Origin: Nitrosopumilus sp.
GTDB lineage: Archaea; Thermoproteota; Nitrososphaeria; Nitrososphaerales; Nitrosopumilaceae
Direction: 5' to 3'
Assembly: GCA_965197525.1 (NCBI GenBank)
Contig: OZ240211.1
Location: forward strand, 1,024,001 to 1,088,000
Length of the DNA stretch: 64,000 nucleotides
Shown here: positions 1-8,823 of the stretch, in pieces
Position numbering within the stretch: the stretch's first letter is position 1
Layout of the letters: every line of letters starts with the position of its first letter
Notes under the pieces: model-generated
Database searches by the model: none
Seen by the model: only the letters and a program-made list of their open reading frames with translations
Told to the model about the DNA's origin: nothing
Program-made: the position numbers and the translations under genes

Positions 1-2
1 CA

Positions 3-1331
3 GGCAAGACCATACCCCAGATAAGAACGAAGTCTACAAAAGAGGTTCCACGGGATTACTCACAGCGAGAGTACGAAACGAAGCAGATCTGGCACAAGAG
101 ATCAGATCTCATAGATTATCTGGCAGTGGAGATGAAAGTAGGAAGCCATTATTGTGGTTCGAATAGAAGATCGTCTGACTTTTACAATCTAGTAGACCAA
201 GAGATTGCCAAGCTGCGAAGAAAGAAGGGCATAGTCGACTGGGCAAGTAATAGCCGGACCGGCATATTCAGGCTTTCGTCTGATGGACAGATGATCAAAA
301 AACCGGTCATGGATTTGGGAGATGCCCAAGTTACAAAGTCCACAAACACTGATGAGCGTTCTCTCAAGGAGACGTTCATATCCATACTTACACATGGTAA
401 AAAGGACAACACCTACAAGTTTGCCCTCGCCAGGGCGCTAATTGAATACTGTAGAATGAACCCATCCGGAACGGCCGCGTACGACATACCATACAGCTAT
501 TTTGCAGACAAGTTTCTAGAATACTATTGGCATCAGGAATGTAAGTACAGAATAAAGCAAGACTTTAAGACAAAGAGTACACCCAAGGTCATACAGGCAA
601 TACGGCACGTCTTCAAGGACAATTCCTACGGTAGTTTTGAGATGGTCAACGATGAGGAGAGACAATTAGGCAGAGACATGATAATGAAAACCGTCTTCGG
701 CCATGCCAGGTCAAAGACGTCTCTGGTCATCCCTAGATTCCAGAATGTCTCAGAGGGAAGCGGCTCCACACTGAAAAGACTGCTCTATGAGTATGACGAC
801 GATGCCAAGATTGTCCGCCTCAGACCGGAGACGTTTGAATTCTTCAAAAGCAACCACAGGATCCTCTCGATGGCAGTCCTCTCAGAGTGGGCCAAGTTCC
901 TAGAGAGAATCAACAAATCACTTCCCATGCTGGTAGCCAAGATAGAACAGGATGAGATGCACCGCGAATCTCTGGTCAAATACAGAAAGATGTACCTAGA
1001 GTACGCAAGCCACTGCTTTTACTGCGGGGACAAGCTGGAGACCAGTCACATACAGGTGGATCACTTTCTTCCCTGGTCATACATATTTGAAGATCAGCCA
1101 TGGAATCTGGTACTTGCATGCAGCAGGTGCAACCTCAAAAAGAGCGCATCTCTCCCACAGGAAGACTTTCGGGAAGAGATCATCAGAAGAAACAGCAAGT
1201 ATCGTGGACAGATACAGGAATTAGACCGTTCACTTAGAATCATAGACACAAGGCTTGGCTGGGAGAAGGAGATAGAAAACCACTATACTACCTGTAAGGA
1301 ATACGGTTTTGGCATAGTCAGACTGCCGTGA
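3..1331 (+). CDS. HNH endonuclease with N-terminal wHTH-like region, 5' partial
   Basis: Frame is open from base 3, upstream of the ORF-track start at 126. C-terminal CFYC..VDHFLPWS..WNLVLACSRCNLKK HNH motif; NTYKFALARALIE N-terminal motif. Confidence 0.8.
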   Translation, partial: GKTIPQIRTKSTKEVPRDYSQREYETKQIWHKRSDLIDYLAVEMKVGSHYCGSNRRSSDFYNLVDQEIAKLRRKKGIVDWASNSRTGIFRLSSDGQMIKKPVMDLGDAQVTKSTNTDERSLKETFISILTHGKKDNTYKFALARALIEYCRMNPSGTAAYDIPYSYFADKFLEYYWHQECKYRIKQDFKTKSTPKVIQAIRHVFKDNSYGSFEMVNDEERQLGRDMIMKTVFGHARSKTSLVIPRFQNVSEGSGSTLKRLLYEYDDDAKIVRLRPETFEFFKSNHRILSMAVLSEWAKFLERINKSLPMLVAKIEQDEMHRESLVKYRKMYLEYASHCFYCGDKLETSHIQVDHFLPWSYIFEDQPWNLVLACSRCNLKKSASLPQEDFREEIIRRNSKYRGQIQELDRSLRIIDTRLGWEKEIENHYTTCKEYGFGIVRLP

Positions 1332-1449
1332 TGTGCAAGAGGTTGTCGCCATTCTGCAGTGTCATAGCCTGATGCGATTGCGACTTTTTTGTAGAAGGAT
1401 ATAAACCAGACACAGTTAGTTTTTCGTAACTACTCATGTCATCTCCTAG

Positions 1450-1560
1450 TCTGAGCATAACTACAATCTACACAGATCTGCCAATAGTCACCGACATTGC
1501 GAATATCAGTGACTTCTGTAATTCTGAGCATAACTACAATCTACACAGATCTGCCAATAG
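1450..1560. repeat. Two perfect 38-bp direct repeats with a 35-bp spacer
   Basis: TCTGAGCATAACTACAATCTACACAGATCTGCCAATAG at 1450-1487 and 1523-1560. Confidence 0.9.
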
Positions 1561-1647
1561 GAACGGATCAGGAGAGGCGGGGACAGTTACCAATAATGCG
1601 TATACTGACATAACAAGACAGAGACAGAAAATTACACAAGTATAATA

Positions 1648-3393
1648 TTACCAGTACTTGGCTTTAACAGTCTCAATAACTCGTTCGTGCTCTTTGCTCT
1701 TTCTGCGAGCATATCGCTCCATTGCACCTAACGGAACGCCACCAAGGGATCTGGCGATTGCATTAAAGAAATATCTTTGTGGACCCTTAGAACCAGTCTT
1801 AGTCATGAATTTTTGAATGCCGTACTTGAAGTTGTGCTGCCATGTCTTGTACAAAACACCCAACTGAGCAGGAGTCATCTCATTTCCAATATGGAAAAAG
1901 TCAGACTTTTCAAGCAAGCCGATTGGCACGAATGTTAATGCAGTAGCCGTAAACATGGAGTCAGGCTGTTCACACTCCAACTCGTTAATCAATCGTATAG
2001 TCTCCCATGAATCCTCAGGCGTTTCATCATTATCAAGGCCCATTATCAAGGTAAATGCAGGAATCCAGTAATCTTGATTCAAGGTCTTGACACCCTCTTT
2101 TACCACCCAGTGCCATTCGCTTGGAGAGTATGGTGCAAGTTTTCTGTCTGCATACTTTTCAATCAGCCTAAGACTGCCGGTCTCAAAACCAGCTTGGATG
2201 CCTATCATGTTGTCAGGACCTGCGTTTATAATTCGAGACAGGTTAGGAATCAGTTTTTCATCGGCGATTGCGCCAGCTAGTGTGCCATGAGTTGGATTCG
2301 TATGTTCGACACCAGTTGACATGATTGCAGTAAATAGCTCCTCTAAGGCCTCTCGGTTAGGCTCCATACCTTTGGCAGTTCTAGGATCCATTCCATAAAC
2401 AAAGATATCATCACTGTGAATCCATGCTGATGTGGAACCGCCTTTCTTGATGTTGACTTGGATCTCCTCTTTGACTTTTTCTGGTGAATAGTATCGCAAT
2501 GAGCGCAGTGTTACATCGCAGAATTTACAACCTCGTCCACAACCACGCATTACCTCAACCATACCATGCATGCTAGGCTCTATGATGTTAGGAATCTCTT
2601 CAAGATCAGGTCTGTCCCAAAAGTTAACAAATCTTCCGTGAAGTTTTTTGCCATTTCTCTCAAATTCTTTAATGTTAACTTTGAAATCACTTCTCTTTCT
2701 AAACGGATCCATATTTTCAAAGTCACCGTTAATCAGATAGTTAAAGAATCGTCCTGCATGTCCATCGATCTCTGGTGCAATTCCACCTAGCTCACCTTCA
2801 AGAATTGCGTAAATTCCAAACTCTTCAATCTTTTCTGGATCATAGTTGTACTGCCATGTCCCAGATGCACCAGATATTACTTTTGCTTTACTTCCAGTCT
2901 TTTCTTTAGCAGCTTTAATTCTGCGATGGAGTTCTGCATTATAAAATTCGTCATAAGATGTCTGTTTTCTACCATAAGTAAATGTCATGGTGACAGGTCC
3001 CATTCCAAGTGGATCCATCTCGTAGGTTCCAACTGCCAGTGTGTCAGGTCCAATGAATTTCTCAATGTGATCAGGATGCGCAATGACAACATCCTGTCTA
3101 CTAAACCCATCTCGCAACAGACCGGCTTCTAATTTGCGCAACCCATAAGGTGCATAATTTGCAACGCCATTTGTGTGAGGAATATAATTACAGATAAAAT
3201 CAAAGAGAATCTTAGGAGTCACCTGATTCCCTAGAATCTTGTACCAGAAACTCTTCTTATCCCTATGAGGGTCAAGTGCCGGAGCACATCCAAAAAACGT
3301 GGCAAGAGACAGTCCCCTATAAGGAGACATTAGTGTTCTATCAGCTGTTAGTACTATCTTGGGATTGCTCATTCCTTTATGAAAATAATCCAA
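1648..3393 (-). CDS. B12-binding-like/radical SAM domain protein
   Basis: EVMRGCGRGCKFC CxxxCxxC motif; 581 aa. Confidence 0.85.
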   Translation of the reverse strand: MDYFHKGMSNPKIVLTADRTLMSPYRGLSLATFFGCAPALDPHRDKKSFWYKILGNQVTPKILFDFICNYIPHTNGVANYAPYGLRKLEAGLLRDGFSRQDVVIAHPDHIEKFIGPDTLAVGTYEMDPLGMGPVTMTFTYGRKQTSYDEFYNAELHRRIKAAKEKTGSKAKVISGASGTWQYNYDPEKIEEFGIYAILEGELGGIAPEIDGHAGRFFNYLINGDFENMDPFRKRSDFKVNIKEFERNGKKLHGRFVNFWDRPDLEEIPNIIEPSMHGMVEVMRGCGRGCKFCDVTLRSLRYYSPEKVKEEIQVNIKKGGSTSAWIHSDDIFVYGMDPRTAKGMEPNREALEELFTAIMSTGVEHTNPTHGTLAGAIADEKLIPNLSRIINAGPDNMIGIQAGFETGSLRLIEKYADRKLAPYSPSEWHWVVKEGVKTLNQDYWIPAFTLIMGLDNDETPEDSWETIRLINELECEQPDSMFTATALTFVPIGLLEKSDFFHIGNEMTPAQLGVLYKTWQHNFKYGIQKFMTKTGSKGPQRYFFNAIARSLGGVPLGAMERYARRKSKEHERVIETVKAKYW

Positions 3394-3422
3394 CGATTAA
3401 TTTTAAACCTTACGTGCTAAAT

Positions 3423-4244
3423 TCAGTAATTTTCGAGAATTCCAGCCTTATTTCTATGAAAATAGCCAAATTCCTTGTTTGCAGACAGATGCTGACCGTC
3501 AAAGACGGTTCCGTCACGGCATACCAAGTCCTCACCGGTACAACAACTTCCGCATATCCCTACACCACATTTCATCATTCGTTCAAGACTAGCTTGAACA
3601 AAGATATTTCTAGAATGAGCAGATTGGACAATTTTGTGCATCATGATTTCAGGACCGCATGTATAGATGCCGTCATAACTAGTAGTAGTTGTATCGACTA
3701 ATTTTTCAACCAGATCAGTTACAAATCCCTTTTCACCGTAACTGCCATCATCTGTACAAACAGTTACGCGATGATGTACATTACGTTTGAGTAGACTGTT
3801 TGCCAAATCTTCAAAAAACACCTCTTCTTTTGATTGGGCTCCAATTAGGACAGTGACGTCGTCTGAGGGTTTTACAAAGGTAAGCAATCTCATCATAGGA
3901 ACAAGACCCGTTCCTCCGCCAACTAACAAAAGCTTTCCTTCTTTGAGATCAAACGAATTTCCATACGGACCACGGATGCCAATCTGTTGACCTACTTTGG
4001 TGTTAAACAGACCAGTGGATGCAGGACCATGACGTCTTACAGTAAATGCAGCTTTGCCAGACTCTTGAGATATCATCACACTCATAGGTAACTCGTTGAT
4101 TCCAGGTATCCAAACCATTGCGAATTGTCCTGGAAGAACAGCAGACATAACTGCATCTGAAAATACCAGAGTCCGAACAGTAGGAGTCTCATCAATTACC
4201 TGTTCAATTGTAACCATTGTGGGATGATTATTGTTTCTTTGCAA
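3423..4244 (-). CDS. pyrK: Dihydroorotate dehydrogenase electron transfer subunit
   Basis: RGPYGN, GGGTG, CGP and MKCGVGICGSC [2Fe-2S] motif; adjacent to pyrD. Confidence 0.92.
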   Translation of the reverse strand: MQRNNNHPTMVTIEQVIDETPTVRTLVFSDAVMSAVLPGQFAMVWIPGINELPMSVMISQESGKAAFTVRRHGPASTGLFNTKVGQQIGIRGPYGNSFDLKEGKLLLVGGGTGLVPMMRLLTFVKPSDDVTVLIGAQSKEEVFFEDLANSLLKRNVHHRVTVCTDDGSYGEKGFVTDLVEKLVDTTTTSYDGIYTCGPEIMMHKIVQSAHSRNIFVQASLERMMKCGVGICGSCCTGEDLVCRDGTVFDGQHLSANKEFGYFHRNKAGILENY

Positions 4245-5139
4245 GACCTACCATATCCGTTATTGTAGAATGATTTTTTCGCTCCATATAATCTAAAATT
4301 CCGCTGTTAATTTCATCAAATACATCAATCCAATTATCACCTATGGCACTTCCAAGCTGAACAGCAGAGGCGCCGGCTAAAAAGAATTCCACTGCATCTT
4401 CCCATGTGTATATACCGCCACATCCTATTATTGGAACGTCGTATTTTGATGAAATTTCATAGACGCACCTTAGTGCAATAGGCTTGATTGGAGTACCAGA
4501 TAGCCCGCCAAATCTGTTACTAAGTATAGGACGTTGGGTATCAACGTTGATTGCCATTGCACGAACGGTGTTAATGGCAGTGATTGCATCTACCCCGGAA
4601 TGTATTGCGGCCTCTACGGTATCAAGATAATGACTCGTACCCAAGCCTACTTTGGCAATTACAGGAACGTCAGAGGCATTCTTTACATCAGATACAATCT
4701 TCTTTACCAATTCAAGGTCGTCACCAACTTCCAAGCCAACTTTGTCGACGTGGGGACAGGATAGGTTTAGCTCATATGCCATAACATTACAATCTTTGAA
4801 TTCATTTATCATCATCTCAAAATCTCCAGGTATAGAACCTACCAAACTCACTATTATCGGAACATCTTGGTTTGGTTTTATCATCTTGGCAAAGTTTGGT
4901 GCGCCAGGATTTGACAGACCTACTGCATTTATCCAGCCACCGTTTTTTAAACCTAGTATAGTTGGATTCGGATAGCCGTCCCAAGGCTCAGTACTGATGG
5001 ATTTAGTTACAACAGCTCCTGCACCTGACGCGTAGAGTCGTTTAAACACATCTAGTGATATCCCTAAAATTCCAGACGCCAACATTACAGGCCTGTCTAA
5101 CTGAATTGGTCCTATGAGAGTTGCAAGACTGGGTTTCAC
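4228..5139 (-). CDS. pyrD: Dihydroorotate dehydrogenase family 1B catalytic subunit
   Basis: LASG, VVTKS, NAVGLSNPG, ELNLSCPH, AINT, GGLSG, GCGGI motifs. Confidence 0.95.
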   Translation of the reverse strand: MKPSLATLIGPIQLDRPVMLASGILGISLDVFKRLYASGAGAVVTKSISTEPWDGYPNPTILGLKNGGWINAVGLSNPGAPNFAKMIKPNQDVPIIVSLVGSIPGDFEMMINEFKDCNVMAYELNLSCPHVDKVGLEVGDDLELVKKIVSDVKNASDVPVIAKVGLGTSHYLDTVEAAIHSGVDAITAINTVRAMAINVDTQRPILSNRFGGLSGTPIKPIALRCVYEISSKYDVPIIGCGGIYTWEDAVEFFLAGASAVQLGSAIGDNWIDVFDEINSGILDYMERKNHSTITDMVGLAKKQ

Positions 5140-5186
5140 TTTGATTAATAAGATTGCATTTGAATATAACAGTTGATTTAGGGTAA

Positions 5187-6755
5187 TTATATACCTAGGT
5201 TACGTTTCTGCACCAAGGTTTTTTTCTGACAGTCCAACAAATCATTCACAGCTTGGTTCTTGCCGTCTTTTTTAGAAACAACATGGTGTAAGCCATGTCT
5301 TGATTCTTCTGTCTTGTGACGATAGTCCCTACCGCCACTAATAATACTGACACTATTAGATGTGCCATTTTTATTAGCTAAAATAATATTTTCCATGCTG
5401 TCACACCTGTAGTTTCCATATCTGTCTACAAGCGGGAGCCTTCGTATGCACGGAAGTCCGTAATGTCTGATGTTTGTGCCGGCGTTATCGTCTGCATCGC
5501 ACAAAAATCCACAGTATACGCATTGAAACACATCCCTGGTAGTTCTAGAGTTGCTGTTGATCATATTGCACTTACTACACGTTATGCTGGTATAATGTGG
5601 AACAATCTCAAGCGTTTTGGTTCCGTGGTTTTCGGCAGTCATTTTTATTCTATCCCCCATTCTTCCCATACCTGCCCCGTAAATCTCCCTGTTAAGGCCG
5701 CTTTTCCGCTTTTCATTTTTTGCAGTCATATTGCCAATGTTTAGTTTTTCCATGACTATCACTCCTGTTCTCATCACAATCTGTTTGGCAAGGAAATTAT
5801 TGTGCTCGGTTCTTCTGTTGTTGAGTGTTTTCTTCATCCTCTTCAGTTTGCGATCCTCTTTTTTCCATCTGTTACTATGCAGTTTGTGGCCGTCTCTTTT
5901 TGACTGTTGTTCTGAGACTACATCGTCTTTTTTTCTCCTACAGGAATAAGGTGTCCTGTAAAAATCGGCATTTATTCCGTCATGAACGATTAGGGATCTC
6001 TTAACCCCCATGTCTATTCCGCATACGACTGTACGATCCGTATTTTTAGGTCTCTGTATTTTTAATGTCAGATGGATCTCAAACGTGCGGTTCGAATCGT
6101 TTGTATTGACAGTGATTTTTTTGGTGTTCTCTACAAGCCTGTATGATACAATGTTGGTCTGGTAGAACTTGTTGGTGCTGTTTTTGTCTTTTTCACATAC
6201 CATCTGCTTTGGAAGATTATTCAAAGACGACAACAGCTCCACCTGACCCATACCAGGCAGGTTCATGTACAGTTTTTTCCACTTTCCCATCCTTAGCGAG
6301 GGATGCTTACCGTTTACTGTTATGGATGCATGTTTTGCATTTTTGGCGTTTCTGAACAAACTGTTTCTGTCAATCCATTTGTTTGGTTTGAGATTTTTAA
6401 ATGACGTGTGCCAGTTGTGGTTCTTGCCACCAGTCTTTTTTGCCCAGTTTCGTACTCTGCGTTTTTTTGCGCAGGATTTCAAATGTTTGTCTGCCGTATC
6501 ATGCCCCTGTTGGAACGCAGTTGTTGCCACATTGGTGTGATATCTGTTGCTCCATGGCATGGTGTGATGTATGTCAGTAATGGTACGGCTTGTCTTGATT
6601 TTGTCATATTTTTCAACCAGTCCTGCCTCTACGCCCATGTTGAAAAAATACGTCTGAAAGTTTGCAATCCTGCGTGCCTTCAATGACAGTTCTTTTGTCT
6701 GCCTTGGTTTTACAATCACTGTTCTATAAATAAAATCTTCTATATCTTTTTCCAT
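5187..6755 (-). CDS. tnpB: TnpB-family RNA-guided endonuclease, about 522 aa
   Basis: RuvC-I GIDMG, RuvC-II VMEKLNIGNM, TSITCSKC..FQCVYCG zinc finger, RuvC-III DADDNAGTNI. ATG 6755 lies 20-29 bp behind a TTATATATAA box; the ORF-track ATG at 6830 is outside the element. Confidence 0.9.
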   Translation of the reverse strand: MEKDIEDFIYRTVIVKPRQTKELSLKARRIANFQTYFFNMGVEAGLVEKYDKIKTSRTITDIHHTMPWSNRYHTNVATTAFQQGHDTADKHLKSCAKKRRVRNWAKKTGGKNHNWHTSFKNLKPNKWIDRNSLFRNAKNAKHASITVNGKHPSLRMGKWKKLYMNLPGMGQVELLSSLNNLPKQMVCEKDKNSTNKFYQTNIVSYRLVENTKKITVNTNDSNRTFEIHLTLKIQRPKNTDRTVVCGIDMGVKRSLIVHDGINADFYRTPYSCRRKKDDVVSEQQSKRDGHKLHSNRWKKEDRKLKRMKKTLNNRRTEHNNFLAKQIVMRTGVIVMEKLNIGNMTAKNEKRKSGLNREIYGAGMGRMGDRIKMTAENHGTKTLEIVPHYTSITCSKCNMINSNSRTTRDVFQCVYCGFLCDADDNAGTNIRHYGLPCIRRLPLVDRYGNYRCDSMENIILANKNGTSNSVSIISGGRDYRHKTEESRHGLHHVVSKKDGKNQAVNDLLDCQKKTLVQKRNLGI

Positions 6756-6774
6756 CCAGTTAATAGTCTGTGTA

Positions 6775-6784
6775 TTATATATAA
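6775..6784 (-). promoter_or_regulatory. Putative TATA box for tnpB, internal to the cassette
   Basis: TTATATATAA 20-29 bp upstream of ATG 6755; archaeal spacing. Confidence 0.55.
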
Positions 6785-6866
6785 TTGACGTATAATGTAA
6801 TCCAAGTATGTAATTCCCTGATTTAGGCATGGTACTTTTTTAAAGGTGGTTTAAAAGTAATTAGGT

Positions 6867-8162
6867 ATGTATTCTGTAATATTAACAGAACTAGGGATTT
6901 CTGTATTCAATGATGGAAAGCTAGACAAGGCATTTGCATTCTCAAACGCAGTAAAAGAGTATCTTTTAATAAAAAACAAGGAATCAAAACTCAACGAGCT
7001 TGTAAACTATCTAACAACGCTTCAGAGAGGAGTGTCAGTTAGTGATGAATCATTACTTGCGATTTTAAAAAAACATTCTATTGACTGTTACATTATGGAC
7101 GCATCAGAGTTGGAGACTGTTCAGGCATCAAAACCTCAGATTATTGTTGATTCGGGTTTTGCCTCAAACATGCAAGATACGCTTGGAAAACTCAGAGGAT
7201 TTGCATTAGAATTATCATCCTCAAAAGTCACAGAGATATCAGAGAGTCCCGATTTACACATAATTCAAGCAATCAACTCTTTAGACGAGGTTGACAAGAT
7301 TATAAATCAGCTCAGCTCAAGACTAAAAGAGTGGTACGGGTTGCATTTTCCAGAGTTGGAGAATGTGATTGATAGCATTAATGGATATGCACAAATAGTA
7401 ATGGCAGGCAAGCGAGAGTCATTAACAAAACAGGTTTTTGAAGATGCAGGGTTTCCAGAAACAAAAGTAGAGATGCTGGTGCTAATCTCATCGAAGAGCA
7501 GAGGAGGAGATATCTCAGACATTAATTTGACAATTGTACAGTCAATTGCAAAGCAGATTTTAGACTTTCATGATTTGCGTAAGAAGCTTGAAGATCATGT
7601 AGAGTCAGAGATGCAGAGAATTGCACCCAACCTCACAATAATACTGGGAGCAGCGGTAGGCGCAAGAATGTTGGGAAGGGCAGGCAGCCTAAAGAGGTTG
7701 GCGTTGCTTCCTGCAAGTACGATACAAGTTTTGGGAGCAGAAAAAGCGTTGTTTAGATCGCTAAAAACTGGAGCCCAACCGCCAAAACATGGATTGTTGT
7801 TTCAACACGCAGCAGTACATGCAGCTCCTAGATGGCAGAGAGGAAAGATTGCACGTGCAGTCGCTGCAAAGACAGTGATTGCTGCAAGGGTAGATGTGTA
7901 TGGAGAAGGAGTAAACAGTACGTTGCTTGAAAAACTCAACATACGAGTAGATGAGATTAGTAAAAAGTATGAGAATCCAACGGAAAAAGATATCAGACAG
8001 CCGTCATCTCAGCCTATGTTCAAGCGCGGAGATAGAGATGGGTACAAGGGCAACAGGGAAGACAGGGATAGGTTCAGAACCGGTAGCAGAAGAGAGAGCC
8101 GAGGGAATAACGAGAGATCAAATTCAAAGAAGAAGAAGAGAAAGAAGTTTGGAAGAAGATAA
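6867..8162 (+). CDS. nop5: Box C/D RNP protein Nop5 (Nop56/58)
   Basis: WYGLHFPEL, IAPNL, ASTIQVLGAEKALFR, PKHG motifs; precedes fibrillarin. Confidence 0.95.
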   Translation: MYSVILTELGISVFNDGKLDKAFAFSNAVKEYLLIKNKESKLNELVNYLTTLQRGVSVSDESLLAILKKHSIDCYIMDASELETVQASKPQIIVDSGFASNMQDTLGKLRGFALELSSSKVTEISESPDLHIIQAINSLDEVDKIINQLSSRLKEWYGLHFPELENVIDSINGYAQIVMAGKRESLTKQVFEDAGFPETKVEMLVLISSKSRGGDISDINLTIVQSIAKQILDFHDLRKKLEDHVESEMQRIAPNLTIILGAAVGARMLGRAGSLKRLALLPASTIQVLGAEKALFRSLKTGAQPPKHGLLFQHAAVHAAPRWQRGKIARAVAAKTVIAARVDVYGEGVNSTLLEKLNIRVDEISKKYENPTEKDIRQPSSQPMFKRGDRDGYKGNREDRDRFRTGSRRESRGNNERSNSKKKKRKKFGRR

Positions 8163-8823
8163 TCAGTCGTTTTTTTGGATCAAGTCAGAAGGACAAAAGA
8201 AACTAGCTACAGAAAACATGGTGCCAAGAAATCACGTCTATAAAGAAAAACTAGTCATTAAAAAAAACACAGAGTACAGACTGTGGGATCCGTTTAGAAG
8301 TAAGTTGGCAGCTGCCATAATGAATGAACTGGAATATTTTCCGTTTAAAAACAAGACCAAAGTCCTGTATTTGGGAGTGTCAACTGGAACCACAGTCAGC
8401 CACATATCAGATATTGTAGGTCCCAGCGGAGTAATCTTCGGAGTAGAGCATGCAAGCAGGGTTGCAAGAGAGTTCTTGGATAGAGTTGCATCACATAGGC
8501 CAAATATCGTTCCAATTTTACAAGATGCGAGAAAACCAAAAGAGTATTTTGCAGTATTCGGAAAGGTGGATGTGATATATGTGGATATTGCACAACCTGA
8601 TCAAACTGACATTGCAATAGAGAACTGTGAGATATTTTTAAAGAAAGGAGGATACTTTTTCCTAGTAATCAAAACAAGAAGTATCGATGTCACAAAAGAA
8701 CCAAAAAGAGTTATTGATCAAGAGATTCGAAAACTAAAAACACGATTCGATGTTTTGCAGACTATAGATTTGCATCCTTTTGACAAAGATCATGCAATGG
8801 TAGTTGCAAGATATAAAAATTAG
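8149..8823 (+). CDS. flpA: Fibrillarin-like rRNA/tRNA 2'-O-methyltransferase
   Basis: YRLWDPFRSKLAAAI, VLYLG, DIAQPDQ; probable TTG start 8149 overlapping the nop5 stop. Confidence 0.93.
   Translation: MEEDNQSFFWIKSEGQKKLATENMVPRNHVYKEKLVIKKNTEYRLWDPFRSKLAAAIMNELEYFPFKNKTKVLYLGVSTGTTVSHISDIVGPSGVIFGVEHASRVAREFLDRVASHRPNIVPILQDARKPKEYFAVFGKVDVIYVDIAQPDQTDIAIENCEIFLKKGGYFFLVIKTRSIDVTKEPKRVIDQEIRKLKTRFDVLQTIDLHPFDKDHAMVVARYKN

Larger units (their letters stand above)
5182..6818 (-). mobile_element. Non-autonomous TIR cassette carrying tnpB, with 8-bp TSD
   Basis: TIRs GGTAATTATATACCTAGGTTACGTT (5182-5206) and reverse complement of 6794-6818 GGGAATTACATACTTGGATTACATT match at 19/25. Direct repeat TGATTTAG at 5174-5181 and 6819-6826. 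No transposase inside. Confidence 0.75.

Noticed and set aside
1450-1560. Formal CRISPR array call
   Set aside because: Only two repeats, no typical GAAA(C/G) end, no leader or cas genes; kept as a repeat finding
1436-1645. 69-aa ORF over the repeat pair
   Set aside because: The two repeat copies are 73 bp apart and are read in different frames; no protein-like signal
5160-5176. IS605-type right end at TCAA/TTCAA
   Set aside because: These motifs fall in the pyrD promoter and TSD; the TIR plus 8-bp TSD explain both ends better, though not formally excluded
6756-6830. ORF-track N-terminal extension of TnpB
   Set aside because: Crosses the TIR and TSD, and a TATA box lies inside it at the right distance from ATG 6755
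6867-8162. Nop-domain protein as a TIGR-Tas or IS110-like effector next to TnpB
   Set aside because: Canonical nop5-fibrillarin operon; no guide array seen; adjacency is due to insertion in its promoter
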